64,000 nucleotides of DNA, from assembly GCA_963555825.3 (NCBI GenBank), contig CAUVXB020000001.1, positions 928,001 to 992,000 on the forward strand. The letters run 5' to 3'. The DNA comes from Alphaproteobacteria bacterium (lineage in GTDB: Bacteria > Pseudomonadota > Alphaproteobacteria > JAAXGF01). Of this stretch, positions 48,631-61,615 are shown piece after piece. Made by a program: the position numbers and the translations under genes. The first letter of the stretch is position 1. Every line of letters starts with the position of its first letter. The notes under the pieces are model-generated. The model worked only from the letters and a program-made list of their open reading frames with translations, searched no databases and was not told where the DNA came from.

Positions 48631-51004
48631 TTGGCGCGAACGCCGCCGCGACGACGTAGAACGCGAGCGCGAGCGCGACGACGACGGTGAAGCCCCAGTG
48701 GACGGCGAGCAGCATCGCGAGCACGGCGGCGATCACCGAGGCACAGCCGTTGATCGCCCAGGCCCACGGCACCAGCGCGGGCGCTGCCTCCGCGACGCGC
48801 GCGAGTCCGAGCGGGAACGGCATGCCCATGAAGAAGGCGAGCGGCGCGATCAGGCCGACCGAGACCGCGACGCGCGCCGCCTCGGGCAGCGGGCGCAGCC
48901 AGTCGAACAGCACGGGCAGCAGGGCCAGATAAACCGCCGCGATGACGACGATGCAGCCGACCGCCAACGCGATCGGCGGCAACCGCCAGCGTTCGCCGAA
49001 GCGCTTGGCGGCGCCGCTGCCGAGCCCGGCGAAGACCAGGAAGGCGCTCAGCACCACGGCGATGGCGTAGAGCGGGTGGCTCAGGAACAGCGCGAAGCGC
49101 TGCATGAAGGCGATTTCGACGAACAGGAAGGCGAGGCCGAGCGCGAGAAAATACACCGCGACGCGCGCCAACGACGGCCCGCCGGCCGCGCGTTTGAGCA
49201 CGCCGAGCGGCGCGAGCACGAGAACCAGGCTGGCGAGCGCCGCCTGGACCAGCGTCGCCGCCAGGATGATCGTGCCCCATTCGATCAACGGCACGCCGCC
49301 GCCCGAGCGCAGGCGCAACAGCTCGGGCAGCACGCGCCATTTCATGAAGTGGAAGAAATAGGGCCGGTCGTCGGTCGCCGGCGCGACGTCGAACTTGTAG
49401 CCCGCCAGGAACGCGTCGCGCCTTGGCCCGAGCAAGGCCACCGCCGCCTCGTGGAGATAGGGCCTGGGCAGGATGTTGCGGCGGTTCGCCTCGTCGGCGC
49501 GCATGCCGGGCAGATAGGCGATGTCGAACGCGCGCGCCTCGGCGAAGCGCCGCACCGCCGCCTCATCGTCGCCCGTCAAGGCGCCGTTCTTGACCAGCAG
49601 CGTCGCGGTGTCCCAGCTTCGGATTACGGCGAGCCGCGCGCGGGGCTCGGCGACGCCGCGGCGCTCGAGCGCGGCGATCGCCGTGGCCAACAATTTCACG
49701 CTGTCGCGCGGCGGCAGCCTGAGCCAGCGCGTGATCGCCAAGAAGCCGCCGCTGTCGAGGCGGTCGAGGAGGGTCTCGAGCGCCTCGACCGTGTAGAGCG
49801 TGCTCTCGTTCAGCGCGTGCAGGCCGGCCGCCGAGGCCGTGAAGGCGTCGAACAGCGCGAGATGGACGAGTTCGTAGCGCGCCGTAGAGCGGGCGGCGAA
49901 ACCGCGCGCTTCGGCGATGTGCAGGACGACCCCGGGCCGCGCGTAGAGGTTGCCGGCGAATTCGGCGTGCGTCTCGGCGACCAGCGCGGCCATCTGCGGG
50001 TTGACCTCGACCGCGTCGATCCGTCGCGCGCCATGGAACAACGCGAGCCGCACGTCGGCGCCGCCGCCGGCGCCGAGCACCAGCACGCGCGGCCGATCGA
50101 GCAGGTGATAGGGCAGCGCCGCGGACGTGTCGTCGAGATAGGCGGCGTTCTCCGGGCCGTCGCCACGCAGGATTGGCGTCATCGCGCCGCCGTCGGTGAA
50201 GACGCCGAGCTGCGCCGGGATATCGGCGCGCGACATCAGGCTCAGCCCGGGCGCGTGACGCAACGGCGTCTCGGGGCTCTCGACGACGCTGAGCACGCCC
50301 AACGGGCTCGATCGCGTCTCGATCACCCTGGCGCCCGGGATGCGCAGCGCCTGGCTCAGGCCCTTGTAGGGCGAGAGCCTCGGCTCAACGAGTCCCTCGG
50401 GCACCAGCAACGGCGCCACGACGCCGACAGCGATCAGCGCGGCGGCGACCGCGCGCCGCCCCGCGCAGCCGAGGCCCGCGGCGACCAGCCCGGCGCCGCC
50501 GATCAGCGCCAGGCAGTCGCCCGGCGGCAGCGCGAAGAGCACCGCGACGATCGCCAGCGCGCCGGCTCCGGCGCCCATCAGGTCGGCGCGGTAGATGCGC
50601 TCGATGCCCGCGCCGTACCGCGCCAAGGCGAGGCCGATGCAACTCGCCGCGCAGAAGAACGGCACGGCGAGCACCAGGTAGAGCGCCAGCAGGTAGAGCT
50701 GCTGGCGCGTGTCCCAGACGATCTCGAGCGGGTTGAAAGGTAGCCGCTGGGCGAGCGCGAAGGCCGCCACCGCGAGCACGCCGAAGAGCGCCGCGAAGAC
50801 CGCGAACACCGCGTCGAAGCGGTCGAGCAGCCAGCCGCGGGCGAGCGCGATAAAAGTTCCGCTGGCGCCGTAGCCGAGCAGCGCCAGACTGATGATCATA
50901 TAGGCGAAGTGATGCCACTGGACGATCGAGAACAGCCGCATCAGGAGGATCTCGTAGGCGATCGCCGCCGCCGACAGCAACGCGATGGCGATCAGCAGCC
51001 GCAC
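48596..51004 (-). CDS. Membrane-bound spermidine-synthase-like methyltransferase
   Basis: YEILLMRLFS, VLVLGAGGG, AVEVNP, PATDDRPYF; GTG start inferred. Confidence 0.82.
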   Translation of the reverse strand: MRLLIAIALLSAAAIAYEILLMRLFSIVQWHHFAYMIISLALLGYGASGTFIALARGWLLDRFDAVFAVFAALFGVLAVAAFALAQRLPFNPLEIVWDTRQQLYLLALYLVLAVPFFCAASCIGLALARYGAGIERIYRADLMGAGAGALAIVAVLFALPPGDCLALIGGAGLVAAGLGCAGRRAVAAALIAVGVVAPLLVPEGLVEPRLSPYKGLSQALRIPGARVIETRSSPLGVLSVVESPETPLRHAPGLSLMSRADIPAQLGVFTDGGAMTPILRGDGPENAAYLDDTSAALPYHLLDRPRVLVLGAGGGADVRLALFHGARRIDAVEVNPQMAALVAETHAEFAGNLYARPGVVLHIAEARGFAARSTARYELVHLALFDAFTASAAGLHALNESTLYTVEALETLLDRLDSGGFLAITRWLRLPPRDSVKLLATAIAALERRGVAEPRARLAVIRSWDTATLLVKNGALTGDDEAAVRRFAEARAFDIAYLPGMRADEANRRNILPRPYLHEAAVALLGPRRDAFLAGYKFDVAPATDDRPYFFHFMKWRVLPELLRLRSGGGVPLIEWGTIILAATLVQAALASLVLVLAPLGVLKRAAGGPSLARVAVYFLALGLAFLFVEIAFMQRFALFLSHPLYAIAVVLSAFLVFAGLGSGAAKRFGERWRLPPIALAVGCIVVIAAVYLALLPVLFDWLRPLPEAARVAVSVGLIAPLAFFMGMPFPLGLARVAEAAPALVPWAWAINGCASVIAAVLAMLLAVHWGFTVVVALALAFYVVAAAFAPKASSNRSESVG

Positions 51005-51012
51005 GCGCCGCC

Positions 51013-51858
51013 TCAGGGAAGCCGGGTGAAGGGCACGAAGGCGACCGGCAGCATCTGGCGCGTCGTGACCGTTCCGGCGGCGTCCTTCTCGACGAGCACC
51101 AGCTGCTGGGTCACGAAGCGCGCGCCGACCGGGATGATCATCCGCCCGCCGGGCTTGAGCTGGTCGATCAGCGGCGGCGGGATGGTCACGGCCGCGGCGG
51201 TGACGATGATGGCGTCGAACGGCGCGTGCTCGAGCCAGCCGTGGTAGCCGTCGCCCCAGCGCGCCGTGACGCTGTCGTAGCCGAGCCGCGCCAGCCGTTC
51301 CTTCGCCTCGGCGGCGAGCGGCGGGACGATCTCCATGGTGAAGACGCGCATGCCGAGCGCCGCGAGCACCGCCGCCTGATAGCCCGAGCCGGTGCCGATC
51401 TCGAGCGCCGTCCGGCCCGGCTCCGGGTCCAGCAGATCGCTCATCAGCGCGACGATATAGGGCTGCGAGATGGTCTGGCCGTGGCCGATCGGCAGCGGCC
51501 GGTTGGCGTAGGCCATCGGGCGCAGGGCCCAGGGCACGAACTCGTGGCGGGGCACTTGGCGCATCGCCTCGATGACCCGGTCGTCGAAGCGCGGCCGGCC
51601 GGTCCAATCCGCCGTGCGCCGCGCGTCCTCGGCGACCTCGGCGAGCAGCGCCTCGCGGACCTCGGCGTACGCGTCGTCCTGCGCCAACGCCTGGCCGCAT
51701 GCAAGGAACAGGAGCGCGGCGCCGGCGAGCGCCGCGCGGCCAAGCTCGCGCGCGCAAAGCAATTCGGTCATGCCGCCCTTGCCGAGCTGGCGGCAGGTTT
51801 CCACGCCGAGGCCGCGGTTGGCCCCGGTGAAGACGGCGACGCGCGCGGGCTCGGCCAT
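51013..51858 (-). CDS. pcm: Protein-L-isoaspartate O-methyltransferase with an SDR-like stub at the N-terminus
   Basis: VPRHEFV, GQTISQPYIVALM, LEIGTGSGYQAAVL, APFDAIIVTAA. Confidence 0.88.
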   Translation of the reverse strand: MAEPARVAVFTGANRGLGVETCRQLGKGGMTELLCARELGRAALAGAALLFLACGQALAQDDAYAEVREALLAEVAEDARRTADWTGRPRFDDRVIEAMRQVPRHEFVPWALRPMAYANRPLPIGHGQTISQPYIVALMSDLLDPEPGRTALEIGTGSGYQAAVLAALGMRVFTMEIVPPLAAEAKERLARLGYDSVTARWGDGYHGWLEHAPFDAIIVTAAAVTIPPPLIDQLKPGGRMIIPVGARFVTQQLVLVEKDAAGTVTTRQMLPVAFVPFTRLP

Positions 51859-52210
51859 CGCGGTCCCTCTATGGAATGTTACGGGCGGTCGCGTCATCCT
51901 CCCCGCTCGGCGCCGACTGAGTCAAGCTGGGCTACGGACGGTTGTGCGTCGGTTTGCGATTTGACGTGGCTTGAAAGCACCAAGCGGACTCAACCGCCGA
52001 AACGGGTTACGCAGCACCTGGCTAGCTGTCTTGGCGAAATTTGGTCCTCATGTTTTTCTGAATATCACTATCTTTAGGCGCGCCCTCATCCACGGCGTCA
52101 TCGATAGGCAGATACGTCATCCCATCGGTTTCAAAACTTAACACCGCGTAGGAAGAGCCCGCCTTTTCAAGCCTAGCGATACTTTGGTCATAGGATTTGG
52201 TACAATCAGT

Positions 52211-53315
52211 CTTGCCTATCCGGTTTACACCCACACCCACTAGGGCTAGAATGGGCGCAAACCGGATATAGGGGAGCGCGCCATGGATGTTCTCGACCGC
52301 GCCGATCTCCCATTCCCGCATTCGCTACCCGAGTTCCAGCGACTTTTCCCCGATGATGCGGCCTGCGCCGCCTACCTGGAGAAAGCCCGCTGGGGAGACG
52401 GCTTTGCCTGCCCGCACTGCGGCACGGCGGGAGAGCCGTTCCACTTTGAAAACCGCCCTGGCGTCCTGCGCTGCCGCAAGTGCCGCCAGAACACCGGGCT
52501 GACGGTGGGAACAGTGATGGAGCGTAGCCACACTCCGCTGAACGTCTGGTTCTGGGCCGCTTATCTGGTCGCCAGTCAGACGCCCGGCATGTCCGCCGTG
52601 CAGTTTCAGCGGCAACTTGGTCTTTCGCGCTACGAGACGGCCTTTCAAATTCTCCACAAGCTCCGCTCGGGCATGGTGCGGCCCAACCAAGACAGGATCG
52701 GTGGACAGCCCAAGAACCATGTTGAGGTGGACGAAACCTGGGTTGGCGGGCGAACGCGTGGGGAAGGCCGTGGTGTTCACCACAAGGTTCTCGTCTCCTG
52801 TGCCATCGAGGTGCGTCATCGAAAGCCGGGCACCAAGCTCGACAACCGGAAAGACGGACGCTATGCCGGACGCGTTCGGCTCGCCGTCGTGCTCGACCGT
52901 AGCGCCGAGTCGCTCTGTGGGTTCGTCGAGAGCACCGTCGCGCCGGGATCGCTGATCGTTACTGACGATTGGAGCGGCTATGCTGGCCTCGGTAAGCGCG
53001 GCTATGAGCACTTCGCTGTTGCCGAGTGTGGTGATCCAGAGGTTGCCGAGCAATACCTGCCGATCATCCATCTGGTTTTCGCCAACCTGAAGACGTGGCT
53101 GATCGGTATCCACCACGGCGTTAGCCACCAGCACCTACAAGCCTACCTCAACGAGTTCACCTTCCGCTTCAACAGGCGGTTCTACCCGTTCAACGCCTTC
53201 CGCTCATTGCTCGGCATCGCGGGCGACACCTCTGCTCCAACCTATGCCGAGCTTTACTCGGGAGAGTGGCGGCACCCTACATGTAGCGGTCATGGGCGTT
53301 AACCGGATAGGCAAG
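52211..53315 (+). mobile_element. IS1595 family element
   Basis: IRs CTTGCCTATCCGGTT / AACCGGATAGGCAAG; no target duplication seen. Confidence 0.85.
52283..53302 (+). CDS. IS1595 transposase
   Basis: Zn ribbon CPHC..CRKC, VEVDETWVGG, VTDDWSGY, YLNEFTFRFNRR. Confidence 0.93.
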   Translation: MDVLDRADLPFPHSLPEFQRLFPDDAACAAYLEKARWGDGFACPHCGTAGEPFHFENRPGVLRCRKCRQNTGLTVGTVMERSHTPLNVWFWAAYLVASQTPGMSAVQFQRQLGLSRYETAFQILHKLRSGMVRPNQDRIGGQPKNHVEVDETWVGGRTRGEGRGVHHKVLVSCAIEVRHRKPGTKLDNRKDGRYAGRVRLAVVLDRSAESLCGFVESTVAPGSLIVTDDWSGYAGLGKRGYEHFAVAECGDPEVAEQYLPIIHLVFANLKTWLIGIHHGVSHQHLQAYLNEFTFRFNRRFYPFNAFRSLLGIAGDTSAPTYAELYSGEWRHPTCSGHGR

Positions 53316-53525
53316 GTTCGAATGTCTGCGGTTCGCATTCTCCGATCACATTGACTGCGATCCCTATATCACAGCGACCTATCTCGAACAGAGATACGTG
53401 AAATCGGCCGCCTACAAGCACTGTCGGAGTCGCGCGTTCGATGCGCGAGCGGCGAAATCCGGTCAATGAGGATCGGAATCCAGTTCGAATCGAAGTCACT
53501 CAAATGAGAAGATACGAGGTTTAAC

Positions 53526-54818
53526 ATGAGCAGCGCTCCTTTCCCAACGAGTCCGGCAATCAAGAAATTCGTACTAGATTTGATGGGTGATGTTCAAACA
53601 CTCAACGATACCAGTGGCGATTTGATCGCCGATTTGAGAAATCATGTCGAATTGGAGGAATTTCAGAAGATTGTCGAAAACATTCTTCCAGCATTGGAAG
53701 CGGCCGTTCCGGATGTTGTTGGGGGCACAGGTGTAACGGCCGATGAATTCTCAGAGGACGAGCTTAAGCTGATCATCGCCTTTGCTACTGGAATTCAAGA
53801 CGCCGCAACACCGTATTCCGACCGACGAGATCCCCGCGGTGACGATTTGATCTTCGAACGGGCGAAGACGCTTATCTTCGTACAGGCAATCGGCAAGCGG
53901 CTCGGAAACGCCGATGTAAAAGAACTCCTCGATTCCGTCATCCCTCCTGAATTGGCTGAGGTGTTCGAAAAGCTCTTCTCGCAATTCGACGAGACCAGTG
54001 AGGAGCTGAAAGAAGCGGCCGACCAGCTCACCGAGGGCACGGAGGCACTCAGCGAAGCGGCGAATGCATTGCTGGGCGCCTCGCCCGTGACGATCCGCGA
54101 CGAGGGTGCTGACACCGATACCGTGATCGAGTTTCGGCCGCCCGAGCCCCATGCCGAGGTCGTGACGGTGCCCCTGGTCCGAGCGGAGGTCAAGGCGTTC
54201 ATCGACGAGATGGACGAGGCGATGCGGCCGATCAGAGAGGGGATCGACGCGCTCTTCGCCGACATGCGCGCGACCGTCGAGGACGTCTTCGGCGAAGCCG
54301 AGGTCGACTGGCGCGCCTTCGGCGATACCGCGGCCGGCACGTTGCGCGACATCCTCGCCGCCCACCACGACATGATGGGCAAGCTCGCGCAGCTCTTGAG
54401 CCCGCTCGGCGACCTCGTCGGCGATGCGCTGGGCGGCGGCGCCGTTGGCGGCGGTGGTATCGAGGGCGGCGCGGGCAGCGGCGGCGGCCCGTCCTCGGGT
54501 GCGCAGGCGCCGGTCCGGCGCTACGCCGAAGGCGGCATCGCGCCGGCCGGTGTCCCGGCCCTGGTCGGCGAGGCAGGCCCCGAGCTGTTCATGCCCGATA
54601 TATTCGACGACTTGGGCGCGTTCTCCGCCCGCCGTACCATCGAACTGAACCTCAAATTCACGCGCAATGTCGATGCGACCGGCGCGGCGCCGGGGGTCGA
54701 ACAGGGCATTCATCGGGTGCTCGACGACTTCCAAACGCAAATCGCTCAGGACCTGGAATCCGAATTCCGCCCCTTGGCGCAGCGGCTCGGCCTCAATCTC
54801 CGCGTGAATGCCGCCTAG
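53526..54818 (+). CDS. Hypothetical protein with phage tape-measure-like C-terminal motif
   Basis: RYAEGG..PALVGEAGPELFMP; acidic helical N-terminal part of lower GC. Confidence 0.6.
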   Translation: MSSAPFPTSPAIKKFVLDLMGDVQTLNDTSGDLIADLRNHVELEEFQKIVENILPALEAAVPDVVGGTGVTADEFSEDELKLIIAFATGIQDAATPYSDRRDPRGDDLIFERAKTLIFVQAIGKRLGNADVKELLDSVIPPELAEVFEKLFSQFDETSEELKEAADQLTEGTEALSEAANALLGASPVTIRDEGADTDTVIEFRPPEPHAEVVTVPLVRAEVKAFIDEMDEAMRPIREGIDALFADMRATVEDVFGEAEVDWRAFGDTAAGTLRDILAAHHDMMGKLAQLLSPLGDLVGDALGGGAVGGGGIEGGAGSGGGPSSGAQAPVRRYAEGGIAPAGVPALVGEAGPELFMPDIFDDLGAFSARRTIELNLKFTRNVDATGAAPGVEQGIHRVLDDFQTQIAQDLESEFRPLAQRLGLNLRVNAA

Positions 54819-55018
54819 AGCACGAACCGATCGATTGGAATCGATCGGATCACGCAAGCCCGCGCCAGTCTTATTGGGACAAGAGGGGGGCCGCCGACCG
54901 TTCGGCCAATCCTTGTGGGATCAAGAATGGCCTTGTGGGATCAAGAATGGCCTTGTGGGATGAAGAATGGCATGCGCGGCGATTGAGCGCAGATCACCAA
55001 GGGTGACCGGACAAAAAC
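54816..55018 (-). repeat. Structured interspersed repeat, copy 3, containing a 3x20-bp tandem array
   Basis: Reverse complement matches copy 1; CCTTGTGGGATCAAGAATGG x3 at 54911-54970. Confidence 0.85.
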
Positions 55019-55031
55019 CGACGGCCCTGCC

Positions 55032-56080
55032 CTACTCGACCTTCGCTTCTGCTTGATCGACCGCCGCCGCGTCGCGGGCGACGATGGCGCTGATCGGCGC
55101 CAGCGTGAAGCCGCGCGCACCGAGCGCGGGCAGCCAGCGCGCGAGTGCTGCGATCGTCTCGGGGCGCGGGTGGCCGATGCCGACCGCGTAGCCCTGCTTA
55201 CGGGCGAGCGTCTCCAGATCAGCCAGGCGGGCGGCGATGGCGTCTTCGTCGGCCTCGTTGTCGATGAACACGTGGCGCCGCGTCGTCGGCACGCCGGCGT
55301 CGCGCGCCATGTCCTCGCCGACGGTCTCCGCCGTTGTGCGCGAATCGAGGTACAGCAGGCCGCGCGCCACAACTTCATCGATGACCACCGCCATGGCGCG
55401 CGCATCGCCCGTAAAGCGGCTGCCCATGTGGTTCGAGACGCCGACGTAGCCGCCGAAGCGATCGAGGCTCCAGGCGAGCCGATCGCGGATCTCGTCGTCG
55501 TCGAGATCCGTGGTCAGCGCGTTGGGCCCGGTGTCCGCTGTCGGGTCGTCGGGTTCCATCGGCAGATGGACGATCAGCTCGTGGCCCGCCAGGCGCGCCT
55601 GCTCGGTCTGCTCGGGCAATCCCTCGGCATAGGGCAGATAGGCGAGCGTGAGCGGCCCGAGCAGGCCGACGACCTGCTGCGACCAGGCGCGCGCCATGCC
55701 CATATCGTCGATCACCAGCGCAATCAGCGGCCCCCTCGCCTCGCCGATCGCCACGGCATAGCGGCGCCACGCCGGCAGGTCCTCGAGGAACTCGATGGGC
55801 GGCGCCGGTTGTTCGACGGCTGCGGCGGGCGCGCGCGCCTCAGGCGCCTCGGGCGGCGCCAGGGCGACCACGACCTCGGTCGTTTCGGGTGGCGGCGCGG
55901 CGAGCTCGACGACCGCCATCGGCGGCGGCTCCAGCGCGATCGCGGGCGCCGTGGCCGCGAAGATCTCATCGCTTCGATCGTCGTCGCGGAACAGATCGCT
56001 GCCGGCCAGCCACAAGCCGGTCGCGCCGCCGAGCAAGGCGGCGAGGACGGCCAGGGCGAGGCCGCGCAGCGCGCCGCCCA

Positions 56081-56081
<1 letters not shown>
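55032..56081 (-). CDS. Divergent polysaccharide deacetylase family protein
   Basis: IALVIDDMG, HLPMEP, NHMGSRFT, YLDSRTT, GIGHP. Confidence 0.9.
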
Positions 56082-58495
<2,414 letters not shown>

Positions 58496-58703
58496 GTGCC
58501 GACACTACCGTGCAATTGGATGACCCGAAAAGGCCTGGCCATATGACGGTTCGGCCGGTGCGCGGGTCAAGGGTTTTCTATGGTGCATCTGGGGGCCACG
58601 TACGGGCGGTGCAAGCCGCCTGTTTCCTTCGTCCGCGCGGCAAGTTATGCTGGCCGCGCAATGATTGAGGTTTCAGCTCAAGAGATGCTGGTAAGTTACG
58701 GAA

Positions 58704-59285
58704 ATGATGATACTTATCGATAACTACGATAGCTTCACCTACAACCTCGTCCACTTCATGGGCGAGCTCGGCGCCGAGGTCGAGGTCGAGCGCAACGATG
58801 CGATGACGGTCGACGAGGTGCTCGCGCGGCAGCCGCGCGCCGTCGTCATGTCGCCGGGACCGTGCGACCCCGACCGCGCCGGCATCTGCCTTGAGCTGGT
58901 CGAGCGCGTCGCCGGTGTCCTGCCAATGCTCGGCGTCTGCCTGGGCCATCAGGCGATCGGCCAGGGCTTCGGCGGCCGCGTCGTGCGCGCGCCCTATGTC
59001 ATGCATGGCAAGATGAGCGCGATACATCATACCGGAACCGGTATCTTCGCCGGCCTGCCCGACGGTTTCGAGGCGACGCGCTATCACTCGCTGGTGGTCG
59101 AGCGCGACAGCCTGCCCGACTGCCTGGAGATCACCGCCGAGACCGACGACGGCGTGATCATGGGCATCGCCCACCGCGAACTGCCGATCCACGGCGTCCA
59201 GTTCCACCCGGAAAGTATCGCCTCGAAGCACGGCCACGCGCTGCTCCAGAACTTCATCACCATCGCCAACGGAGGCCCGGCATGA
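58704..59285 (+). CDS. trpG: Anthranilate synthase component II
   Basis: [24 protein letters not shown]. Confidence 0.95.
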   Translation: MMILIDNYDSFTYNLVHFMGELGAEVEVERNDAMTVDEVLARQPRAVVMSPGPCDPDRAGICLELVERVAGVLPMLGVCLGHQAIGQGFGGRVVRAPYVMHGKMSAIHHTGTGIFAGLPDGFEATRYHSLVVERDSLPDCLEITAETDDGVIMGIAHRELPIHGVQFHPESIASKHGHALLQNFITIANGGPA

Positions 59286-60316
59286 GCGACGGTCACGACT
59301 TCAAGCAGTTGATCGGCATCGTCGCGAGCGGCCGGAGCCTTAGCGTCGACGAGGCACGCGCCGCCTTCGACATCATGATGTCGGGCGACGCGACGCCAAC
59401 GCAGATCGGCGGCTTCCTGATGGCCTTGCGGGTGCGCGGCGAGACGGTCGACGAGATCACCGGCGGCGTCATGACCATGCGCGACAAGATGACCCGGCTC
59501 GACGCGCCCGAAGGCGCCATGGACGTCGTCGGCACGGGCGGCGATGGGCTCGGCACCTACAATGTCTCGACCGCCGGTGCGCTGGTCGTCGCCGGTGCCG
59601 GCGTACCTGTCGCCAAGCACGGCAACAAGGCGATGTCGTCCAAGTCGGGCACCGCCGACACCTTCGCCGCGCTCGGCGTCAACCTCGAAGCCGACATGAC
59701 GCTGGTCCAGCAGGCGTTGAGCGAAGCCGGCATCTGCTTCATGCTGGCGCCGCGGCACCACGGCGCGATGCGCCATGTCGGTCCGTCGCGGGTCGAGCTG
59801 GGCACGCGCACGATCTTCAACCTGTTGGGCCCGTTGTCGAACCCGGCCGGCGTCAAGCGCCTGTTCGTCGGCGTCTTCGCGCGCGCCTGGATAGAACCGA
59901 TGGCCGATGTGCTGGGCAAGCTGGGCGCCGAGCGCGCCTGGGTGGCGCATGGTTCCGACGGCATGGACGAGCTGACCACGACGGGGCCCTCCTACGTCGC
60001 CGAGCTCGATGGCGGCGCCGTGCGGACCTTCGAAGTCTCGCCCGGCGACGTCGGGATCGCGACCGCCAGCCTCGACGACCTCAAGGGCGGCGACGCCGAG
60101 CACAACGCCGTAGCGCTCACCGCCCTGCTCGACGGCGCGCCCGGGCCGTACCGCGACATCGTCGTCTACAACGCGGGCGCCGCGCTGGTCGTCGCCGGCC
60201 ACAGCCCGGACCACGCCGCCGGCGTCGCGGCAGCCGCCGCATCGATCGATACCGGCGCCGCGCGCGGCAAGCTCGCCGATCTGGTGCGCATCACCAACCA
60301 GGGCGGTGAAGCGTGA
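59282..60316 (+). CDS. trpD: Anthranilate phosphoribosyltransferase
   Basis: [23 protein letters not shown]. Confidence 0.96.
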   Translation: MSDGHDFKQLIGIVASGRSLSVDEARAAFDIMMSGDATPTQIGGFLMALRVRGETVDEITGGVMTMRDKMTRLDAPEGAMDVVGTGGDGLGTYNVSTAGALVVAGAGVPVAKHGNKAMSSKSGTADTFAALGVNLEADMTLVQQALSEAGICFMLAPRHHGAMRHVGPSRVELGTRTIFNLLGPLSNPAGVKRLFVGVFARAWIEPMADVLGKLGAERAWVAHGSDGMDELTTTGPSYVAELDGGAVRTFEVSPGDVGIATASLDDLKGGDAEHNAVALTALLDGAPGPYRDIVVYNAGAALVVAGHSPDHAAGVAAAAASIDTGAARGKLADLVRITNQGGEA

Positions 60317-61128
60317 GCGACGCGCTGGCCCGCATCTGCGCCGACAAGCGCCGACTCGTCGGCGAGCGAAAGGCGTCGCGCCCGCTCGACGCGCTCGAAG
60401 CGGACGCGCGCTCTGCGGCCACGCCACGCGGCTTCGCCGCCGCCTTGACGCGCGCCGCCGAGCGTGACGGCCTCGCCCTGATCGCCGAGATTAAGCGCGC
60501 CTCGCCGAGCCGCGGCCTGATCCGCGCCGACTTCGACCCGGCGACGCTGGCCCGCGCCTTTCAGGCGGGCGGCGCGACATGTTTGTCGGTGTTGACCGAC
60601 ACGCCCCATTTCCAGGGCGACGACGCGCATCTCGGTGCGGCCCGCGATGCCTGCGACCTGCCCTGCCTGCGCAAGGACTTCATGATCGATCCCTACCAAG
60701 TGACCGAGGCGCGCGCAATCGGCGCCGATTGCATCCTGATCATCATGGCCGCGCTCGACGATGGCGTGGCGGCCGAGATCGAGGCCGCTGCTCTCGAGTG
60801 GGGCATGGACGTGCTGGTCGAGGTGCACGACGAAGCAGAACTCGAGCGCGCCACGCGACTGCGCAGCCGCCTGATCGGCATCAACAACCGCAACCTCAAG
60901 ACGCTCGACGTCGATCTCGCGGCGACCGAACGGCTCGCGCCGCTGGCGCCCGCCGACGCCGTGCTGGTCTGCGAGAGCGGCCTCTACGCCCACGCCGACC
61001 TGATACGCATGACCGCGGTCGGCGCGCACCGCTTCCTGGTCGGCGAATCGCTGATGCGCGAGGCCGACGTCAGCGCCGCGACCGCCGCACTGCTCGGCCG
61101 CGACAGCCCGGCGCGCGCGAGCGCCTGA
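60313..61128 (+). CDS. trpC: Indole-3-glycerol phosphate synthase
   Basis: [24 protein letters not shown]. Confidence 0.96.
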   Translation: MSDALARICADKRRLVGERKASRPLDALEADARSAATPRGFAAALTRAAERDGLALIAEIKRASPSRGLIRADFDPATLARAFQAGGATCLSVLTDTPHFQGDDAHLGAARDACDLPCLRKDFMIDPYQVTEARAIGADCILIIMAALDDGVAAEIEAAALEWGMDVLVEVHDEAELERATRLRSRLIGINNRNLKTLDVDLAATERLAPLAPADAVLVCESGLYAHADLIRMTAVGAHRFLVGESLMREADVSAATAALLGRDSPARASA

Positions 61129-61134
61129 CGCACC

Positions 61135-61614
61135 ATGACCGGCTTCAGCCATTTCGACGACGACGGCAAGGCGGTGATGGTCGATGTCTCGGGCAAGGCG
61201 GCCACCGAACGCACGGCGACCGCCGCGGGTAGCGTCTATATGGAACCCGCGACCCTGCGCCTGATCCGCGAAGGCGCCGTCGCCAAGGGTGACGTTCTCG
61301 CCGTCGCGCGGCTCGCCGGCATCATGGCGGCCAAGCGCACGCCCGACCTGGTGCCGTTGTGCCACCCGCTAGCGCTCGCCTCGGTTACCGTCGATCTCGC
61401 CTGCGACGCCGATCGGAACGCCGTCGACATCACCGCGACCTGCAAGCTCAATGGCCGCACCGGGGTCGAGATGGAGGCGCTCACCGCCGTCTCGGTCGCC
61501 GCGCTGACCGTTTACGACATGTGCAAGGCGGTCGACCGTGCGATGACCATCGGCGACGTCCGGCTGATCCACAAGGCGGGCGGCAAGTCGGGCAGCTTCA
61601 AGCGCGAGGAATAG
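61135..61614 (+). CDS. moaC: Cyclic pyranopterin monophosphate synthase
   Basis: [28 protein letters not shown]. Confidence 0.96.
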   Translation: MTGFSHFDDDGKAVMVDVSGKAATERTATAAGSVYMEPATLRLIREGAVAKGDVLAVARLAGIMAAKRTPDLVPLCHPLALASVTVDLACDADRNAVDITATCKLNGRTGVEMEALTAVSVAALTVYDMCKAVDRAMTIGDVRLIHKAGGKSGSFKREE

Positions 61615-61615
61615 C

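Noticed and set aside
48596-51757. 1053-aa ORF as a single protein
   Set aside because: The first ~250 aa overlap pcm in another frame and are Arg/Ala-rich noise; the real start is near 51004
53526-54818. Prophage
   Set aside because: No terminase, capsid, portal, integrase or other tail genes nearby
54911-54970. Possible CRISPR array
   Set aside because: Head-to-tail 20-mers with no spacers and no cas genes
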